The position numbers and the translations under genes were made by a program. A stretch of 62,054 bases of DNA, counting the filler, from Nemertoderma westbladi (lineage: Eukaryota; Animalia; Xenacoelomorpha): the NCBI GenBank assembly GCA_032718475.1. It is 3 parts of 3 records of this genome, joined end to end, with 100 filler letters (N's around TTAATTAATTAA, not from the genome) between each part and the next. Parts side by side here need not be neighbours in the genome. Positions count along the whole stretch, not along the records: positions 20,119 to 51,271 come from JAUCBJ010001429.1; 2 more parts are not named here. One strand, given 5' to 3'. The notes under the pieces were generated by a model. The model did no database searches and was not told the DNA's origin. It saw only the letters and a list, made by a program, of their open reading frames with translations. This document shows, piece by piece, positions 37,401 through 46,400 of this stretch. Numbering within the stretch: the stretch's first letter is position 1; every line of letters begins with the position of its first letter.

Positions 37401-40400
37401 TTTCCGACCTCTGTTTTATCATTTGGTGGATTCTAATATAATTCAGAAGATCTCACTAAGCCTTTTTAATATTTGTAATCCCCATTAAATTCCGCATCAG
37501 TTGAAATAAAAAAAAAATAACCCCCCCCCCCTCCCCCCAGCACAGCACAAATACAATTAATCGACTGGTTATTAATTAATTATGTAGAGGCACATGACCT
37601 ACTATAATATTATAGTTTAAGTGATGAGAGGCCTGATGCATTCCACCATGGGCTTATATCAGGATTATGAAAGAATTGAAAGTGTCTTTAGAGAAACACA
37701 AAAAAAATAAGGTAAAAATATCTTCCCAAAACGAAACGTTATACATATTAGGCCTATTCTTATAATATAATAACTGAAATATAATTAAATTATTAAATTG
37801 GCTTACTTGTAAAATTTTGAACTAAATAATAAAATTGTAATATAGTGCGAATTAAGTTACGATTACGAAATATTACGAAACAGAATCTATGCCTTTATTG
37901 GTTGGAATTAGTTAAGTTAGTTAATTAGGCGGTTTAAATGCGACCTGGACACCATTGCTTTCATCTCCCTACAGAGGCGTTGGAATGGAGAATTACCTTC
38001 ATTTGAGCTACGAATATTTTCACCTATTATTGAGTCATCTTCTCTCTGACCATCTACCTCCTCTGAGATGATATTGTTTACCGGTGTTGTGGGTCTGCTG
38101 ATGTTATAGTTGTTACTATCTTCGCAATCGCCCCGTAATGTGGACTCAGTAGTAGGTGATGGTGGTATTGTATTTCTTGCACCTTGATATGGGCGCGGTG
38201 GAAACGGTTGCAATGGATTGGTAGTTGGAGTTGTAGCACTACTGGCTACCAATGGGCAGGTTATGTCTCTGGGTAGATCTATGGTAGGAGGCGGTTTCAT
38301 TGCTCCTCTGGATAAAACTGAGAGATGAGACAAATCGTGTGGAACCATCTTGGGAGCACCTTTTGATGCGTATGACTCATTATTGTTAGCTTTCAGCTCC
38401 GACAACCGTTTTAAATAATCAGATTCATTTTCTTGTGGTTTCTCCACACACAATCGTTTCGTATAATCTGCTGATTGTCCTGGCATCATTGCAGACCTCT
38501 TAGAGCCAGACATTTGAGGTTCATTGATAAGAGCAACATTATTTGCTACATCTCTCATTGAATTAAGATTATCATTATCTATTATTTCTTTAGGTAAGCC
38601 TACACTAGCTGCCCTATTATATTCTTTCTTACCCTCTGATAGGCACTGAATATCAATATCATTACACTTCAAGATGGTAGTACTCAATGATGAAACATTT
38701 GAAGTACCAGACAAAGCTGTCAATATCCGTGGCTGGAATATATGTGGGTCTGGGGCATAATTTACTTGGACTGAGGTACCAGGTTTCGGGTTATACTGAA
38801 TTAATCTATCTGTACATATACTTTCAGAGTATTTAATGTCATCCCTAAAACATTGCATAGATACAATTGGGTGTGGTAATAGACCCATTCCTAAATCATT
38901 TTCAATCTGAACTCTCACATTACTTTGGTTTTCCAACTTAATTCCATCAACAGACACTGAATTTACCTCCCCATCAACTCTCTGAGTGATATTTCTTTTT
39001 ACTCTCATCCCATCATTTACACCCATTATCGGATCATCTACCACTGCTCCAGTAACTTCCGATTTATCAAATTTGAAGGCATTCTTCCTCTCATCTTCGG
39101 ATGATAAACATTTTCTCATATCGTTTCTCTCTATTTGTGTATAAACTTTCAATTTATTTTTATCAGAATGCTTCACTAAATTTTCTTTTACACAGAAATC
39201 TTCTCGTTCCACAAAATTTTCAGAATAATTATTATTTGAAAACTTTTCAACATCTTTATGCACTGTTTTGTTAAGAGAGTCCTCCGTTCCTGTATCACGG
39301 AGGAAGATGACATCATTTGCATTGGTATCATTTGATTTGGAGTATGTGGTGATTTCGTGGTCATTTGATTTGAATTCATTCCCATTGAGAAGCTTAATTG
39401 ATTTGGTTTCACTCAATGGTAGAATTTCGTTTGTTTTGGCACCATTCATTGGAACGATCTCCTTTGCTTTGAATTCATTCGTTTGAAAAAGCTCATTTGA
39501 TTGGGTATCATTATCTTGGACGAACTTATATGAATCAGCATCATTCATTGCAACAAACTCATTTGAATCAGCTTCATTCATTGGAACGAGCTCATTTGGA
39601 TCAGTAACATTCAATGGAACAACCTCATTTGATTTAGATTCATTTGTTGGAACGAGGTAATTTGATATGATATCATTCACTTGAATGAGCTTACTTGATT
39701 TGGATTCATTCATTTGAACGAGGTCATTTGATTCGGTATCATTAACTTGATTTACCTTATTGGATTTGGTATCATTCACTTGATCGAGCACATTTGGTTT
39801 GGTATCATTCACTTGAACGAGCACATTCGATTTGGATTCATTCATTTGAACGAAGTTATTTGATTTGGTATCATTCACTTGATTGACCTTATTTGATTTA
39901 GTATCATTCACTTGAACGAGCTCATTTGATTTGGTATCATTCACTTGAACGAGCTCATTCGATTTGGATTCATTCATTTGAACAAGGTTATTTGATTTGG
40001 TATCATTCACTTGTATGAGGTCATTTGATTTGGTATCATTATCTTGGACAGACTCATTTGATTTGGTATCATTCACTTGAATGAGGTCATTTGATTTGGT
40101 ATCATTCACTTGAATGAGGTCATTTGATTTGGTATCATTCATTTGAATGAGCTCATTTGAATTGGTATCATTAACTTGAACGAGCTCATTTGATTTGGTA
40201 TCATTATCTTGGATGAACTCATTTGAATTGGTATCATTAACTTGAACGAGCTCATTTGATTTGGTATCATTATCTTGGATGAACTCATTTGAATTGGTAT
40301 CATTAACTTGAACGAGCTCATTTGATTTGGTATCATCATCTTGGATGAACTCATTTGCTTTGGTATCATTCACTTGAATGAGCTCATTTGCTTTGAAATT

Positions 40401-43400
40401 ATTCAGTGGAACGAGGTCATTTGATATGGTATCATCAACGTGAACGAGGTCATTTGAATCAGTATCATTCATTGGAATGGGCTCTTTTGATTTAGCACCA
40501 TTCAATAGAAACTGCTCCATACCTTTTGCCTCCCCTTCAGAAGTAGCACCAGTAAGAATAACATCTGTTATTCTGGGGGCTAACTTTCCACATGGGGTAC
40601 CATTAGTTGAAAAGGTAATGGAATTCACAAAACATCGCTTTGACTGGTCTCCCATTAAACTATTAAATCGTTTCTTAGCCTCAGATAAGTCCAATTTCAA
40701 ACATGTTATTTCATTCATTAAAGACCTCTCCTTTCCTTCCCACTTTTTGTTCAGGCCGTTAATTTCCTCGATACAGCTGTTTTTTTCACTATCCAACTCA
40801 GAATTAAGTTTTTCCATATTCTTTAAAGCCACCAAGTGTGTCGCTAAGGTATCAACTTGCTTGTCAATTAGAATATGTGAGATCTCTAGCTGTTCATAGA
40901 GGTTTGACTTTTCTACCTCCATTCGTTTCAATCGTGCTTCCATCACAGACAATGAATCTCTAACCCCCTGCAACTCCGTCTTCAATGAACTTAATTCTGT
41001 ATCCCGAACATAAACCTCGGAATTTACTTCACTCGGTGTTCGTTTCAGTTGACACTGTAACATTTTAAGTTCCTCTGTCAGGCTAAATTTCGTTTTCTCT
41101 AACTTTCCAATAAACTCTTTGTAATTAGATATATCAGTAGAAAGTGCGGTATTTTGTTGAAGCGAAACTTTGATGTTGCTCTCTAAATTATTTATGGAAT
41201 CCTGTATCTGATATTGCATATCTTTCACTGCACTACATCTCTCACTCATCTCGGCCATCTCGTTTTGCAGACATGCTTTGCTTGTCTGCTGCACCTGCAG
41301 TTTATTGTCGAAATCCCTGGCATTCTTTTCCGCAGTGTATTTTGATAAATGTAGGGCCTTGATTTCGGTTTTAAGCAATTCAACCTCATGTTCGGACAGT
41401 TGTAGTTGGGTGGAGAGCCTCTCACAGTCATTTTCCTCCTTTTGCTCATGACTACTGGACGTCATCCTGTTATTTAAACTTGTCAACTTTTCATTACTTT
41501 CGTTGAGCTGAGCTATTTTTCCACTTTGCTCCAATATTAAACGCTGGAGCTCTATTTTCTCCGAGATAAGAGATTGTATTTTACATTCATTCTCTTTGTC
41601 TACTTTTCTACGAATCTCCAATTCTTGTAAAATATCAAAAAAATTATTTCGAAAATCTGTTATCACAGTACTACCAACAAACTCACTCGAAGTTTCCTTT
41701 GCTGCCATCATATGGTTCAAGTTAACTTATCACTTAGCAATGGATGTTGACTATAGACGAAGAAAGTAAGCAAGCTTAGTCTTTCACTACAGATAGTTTG
41801 TAGCTTGCTTAGCTGTAAGTATATGGTACCTACGAGTACCGACCGTACTTTAGGTACCTAGGCCTAAAAACGAACTCACTTGCTCCTTTGAAATAAAACG
41901 AAACAGGTTGACAGTTATGGAATCGGAACCGCTACAACAAAAATATATTGCTGTAACGGTAGGCCTACCTACAGTGACACGTCAAACTACCTGTAGTTGG
42001 GGTACCGGTAGCGCGCTCTACTTGAGGTGTGAAGTAGACTGAAACTGAAACTATAATAATAATATAATCAGGATACCGGTAGGCCTGTAGCTGATGTTGA
42101 CTTATAAGCGATGACTAATATTCTTAATTCAGAGACAAGGACCCCCCAAATTGTAATTTGGAAATTTTACAAATCTTAATTAGATTGTATGAAATTTGAA
42201 ACAGAGATAGTTTCACCTCCTTCCTCCTCCTCCGTGACCGTGGGTGAACCAGAGTTCTTATTTTTGCTTTTCAATCTTTAGCTACAAGCGTTTGGTAAAG
42301 GTGTCTCCGGCGATATTTCACCAGTTACACTTCAGTTATTATTCAACCTTTTAGTGATTCGTTGGTATTGATTGAAAGCGGCCATGCAAGGATTCCAATG
42401 TAACACAATCTGAACTTCGTTGAAAAATAGCTGAGATAAGAGCGTTCGAAAGTTGAATTGTTTCCATGGGGTTCATGCATCCCGTCTCTCCTGAAATCTG
42501 CGAAAGCTGATTAGTGGGTTCTAACATCCCCCGGATCTAACCTCCCCCGGATCTAACGTCCCCCTTTTCTAAAGTTTCGTATTTTACGAGAAGGGTCCTC
42601 CAATCGACTTATTTATATTTAGCTACGTTATTCTGAAACATCACTATTATATAAATATATATAATAATTATGTTTTATCACTATACATATTTTTGGAGCA
42701 TGGGAGTTTGTCAGCTTTATACACATAGTTACTAACGAAATACTTTGGGGGGGGGGGGGGGGGGCACTTTTGTAACAATTTTTTCGCCAACCCAACCCCA
42801 CTATATGCCCCTTTCCGTAATGAATGGGCGAAAGCGTAATCAATTTTTTAAGAGAACTAATTAATGGAATTAAGTGGTTTGTTTTATTAAAAAATAATGA
42901 TTGTTGATTAACTGTAAATCGAACTAACTACTTGTTTCTCCTGTATGTCCCGCAGCTAACCAACATGGTCGCTTATGACTCCGCTAATGTACTTCACGAT
43001 GCTCTTAAAATCTTAGAGAATCGCGGTGACATCCAAAGAAACTCAGAAAATCCGGCAACATGTGAGGAAATACCCCGATTGTCTCCTTACGGAAAAAAAA
43101 TGTTGGACGCTATGCGAAACCTTAATGTGAGTGACTATTATTGATTGCATATGGTATTGAGAGAATAATCTTTACAGGTGATATATAGTACTACAAGTAA
43201 TCAGTGTGATGAGTAATTCATTCACGATACAGGGTATTTATATGAATTCACTTGGTAATCATTCAGTAATAATGAGTGTCAAATAGGCGATATGTTATGA
43301 GTTACCTGAGGTAGAAGTGATTAACTTCTTTGGTTGAAGTATCCAGTTAGATCTGAGTGACACAGAACATTATTTAATTATTTAAGCCTCGAATTTAAAC

Positions 43401-46400
43401 AAAATTTGATTTGAATTTCAGGGCATACCACGTCAGGGTCTGACTGGGAGCATAGAATTTGACGAGAAGGGCCTTCGTAAGAATTACGTGGTCTACATTG
43501 ACTACCTGGAAGAGGATTCTTTTAAGGAGGCGGGGTACTGGGTGCACGCTGTGGGGGTCAAGGAGTTCAAAGTTAGCTCCAAGGAGACGCAAATCGAAGT
43601 TATACCTAGACATCTAATATTTACATCTATAAAGGTGAGATTACTGTTTGGTGGAAACCAAGGAAATTTACGAAATTGGACTAATTCCGCCATGGATTAA
43701 ACCATAAGGTTGTAGGGTGTTTTATACATATTGGAATGCAGCACATGACGTCTGAAACTGTGGCGATTTCGGAAATAATGCTAGTATTATTCTTATATCA
43801 TATTCTTGGTGTGTGCTGATGTGATCTCATCATGTCAACACCTTATGATGATATTGAGTCATTTATCAAGACAAAACCTAAAATCTGTTCTTCCCGCCCT
43901 TGTAGTTTGTGTTAGGGGTTAATCCGTTGCCTTTAATTGACATCTCTCCAGAGGTCATGGGTTCGTTCAAGACGAACGCTTTAAAGGGACGAGCTAGGGC
44001 GCATTTCTCAAGGGCGTCCTTTAATGGTAGCTAAATGGGTACTAGAGTTTCCTCTGGTGAATAAAGATATGGTGGAATTATCTGGTAATAAGTCATCAGA
44101 CTGTGTGCGTCATGTATTCGCTGGCCTAACGGCCGAAGACAACTTGTTTACATTACTTTTGCGTGATCCACCGGTAGACTCACCTGTAACTATTTTTCCT
44201 CAGGAGTTTCCGTATTTTATGGATGTCGACCCGCCAGCGAACCAAGAAGGAAGCAGCCCCAGGGAGCCCCCCAAACTTGTGTATGAGGGCTTCGTTATAG
44301 CTTTAGCGGAGAAATTGCAGGCTCAGGTCAAAGAGAAGTTCACTTACGAGTTTAGGGTTGTCGCCGACGGAAATTACGGTTCAAAAGATGCCGATGGCAA
44401 CTGGGATGGGATGGTTGGGGAAGTATTGGATGGGGTGAGTGTGATACTGTTATATAGTGGTAATGTATGCTTGCTTACACTTCTGTATGTACTACTAGAC
44501 CCATTGTTTTAATTTTGTTTTGAAGTTAAATATATATTTATAGTTTTTAATGATGTTATATTTGCAGACGGCGCACGCCGCCATCGCACCATTGACTATT
44601 CGAGCCGATAGAGAAGAGGCAGTCTTCTTTACGAAACCCTTCATGAGCATCGGTGTCAGCATTATGATAAAGAAACCACAGAAGGAACAACCCGGGGTTT
44701 TCTCATTCGTTCATCCTTTCAATCCCAGGCTATGGCTCATTATAGGTAATTCGCATACCAAATAAATGTTATCAGAGAAAGAATCACGAAACACAACTCC
44801 TTTCTCTTAGTAGTTACAATTAGGATAGCAATAAAATAAAGTTAAGTTTTATTTGACTACTTTGTCTGTCTTTCGTACTGGCAGGTTTGTTTGCCAGCCA
44901 TTTGCTTACTATTGGCTGTTATAATTCCCAGGTCTTTCCTTATTGGCTGTGGTTATCGCCCAGTTCTTGGCTTGTCACTTCAGCATGACGGAGTGGCACA
45001 ACGACTTAGACGCCGTCGACAAACAACCAACGAACCCTGACGATGTAGACGATATTAAAGGAAAGATTAACGACTTCACTATACAGAATACCTTTTGGTT
45101 CGGTTTTGGAGCGCTTTGTCAGCAGGGTTGTGACTATTTCCCAAGGTATGTTATTTTCAAAAACAAAATCACATCTATGTATTGCTCAACTCACCTGTTT
45201 CTCATATTGGCTAACTTTTTGTTAACAGGTCTGCCGGCGGTCGAATAATTACAGGAGCGTGGTGGTTTTCTACGCTAATTATCATAAGTTCTTACACAGC
45301 CAATCTGGCGGCTTTCCTCACAGTTGAGAAGATAACACCTCCAATCAAAGACGCGAAAGATCTAGAGGATAAAGGAGGAAAAATACAATACGGCGCTTTA
45401 CAAAACAGCTCCACCTTCAAGTTCTTTAAGGTTATTATCATCTTTTCAACAATCGTATGATCGTAATAATTTCCCGTCGCTGTAAGCTAGGGAGGGCATC
45501 ACACCCACTCCCAGGGTTTATTCTCTCACCATCCAACCATTACACCTATTACATACAGTAGTAGGCAAATAAATTGTACTTAAACTAGTTGTTAGGAAAT
45601 ATATTCATTGGTGAATTGCAGGAATCGGAATACGAAATCTATAAATCAATGTACATACAGATGGAGAAGTGGGCGTCAAATGGTATAGACGTATTGGTGC
45701 GGAATGTAAGTTTAAATTGACGTATTGGTGCGGAATGTAAGTTTATATAGACGTATTGGTGCGGAATGTAAGTTTATATAGACGTATTGGTGCGGAATGT
45801 AAGTTTATATAGACGTATTGGTGCGGAATGTAAGTTTATATAGACGTATTGGTGCGGAATGTAAGTTTATATAGACGTATTGGTGCGGAATGTAAGTTTA
45901 TATAGACGTATTGGTGCGGAATGTAAGTTTATATAGACGTATTGGTGCGGAATGTAAGTTTATATAGACGTATTGGTGCGGAATGTAAGTTTATATAGAC
46001 GTATTGGTGCGGAATGTAAGTTTATATAGACGTATTGGTGCGGAATGTAAGTTTATATAGACGTATTGGTGCGGAATGTAAGTTTATATAGACGCATTGG
46101 TGCGGAATGTAAGTTTATATAGACGTATTGGTGCGGAATGTAAGTTTATATAGACGTATTGGTGCGGAATGTAAGTTTATATAGACGTATTGGTGCGGAA
46201 TGTAAGTTTATATAGACTTATTGGTGCGGAATGTAAGTTTATATAGACGTATTGGTGCGGAATGTAAGTTTATATAGACGCATTGGTGCGGAATGTAAGT
46301 TTATATAGACGTATTGGTGCGGAATGTAAGTTTATATCGACGTATCGGTGCGGAATGTAAGTTTATATAGACGTATTGGTGCGGAATGTAAGTTTATATA

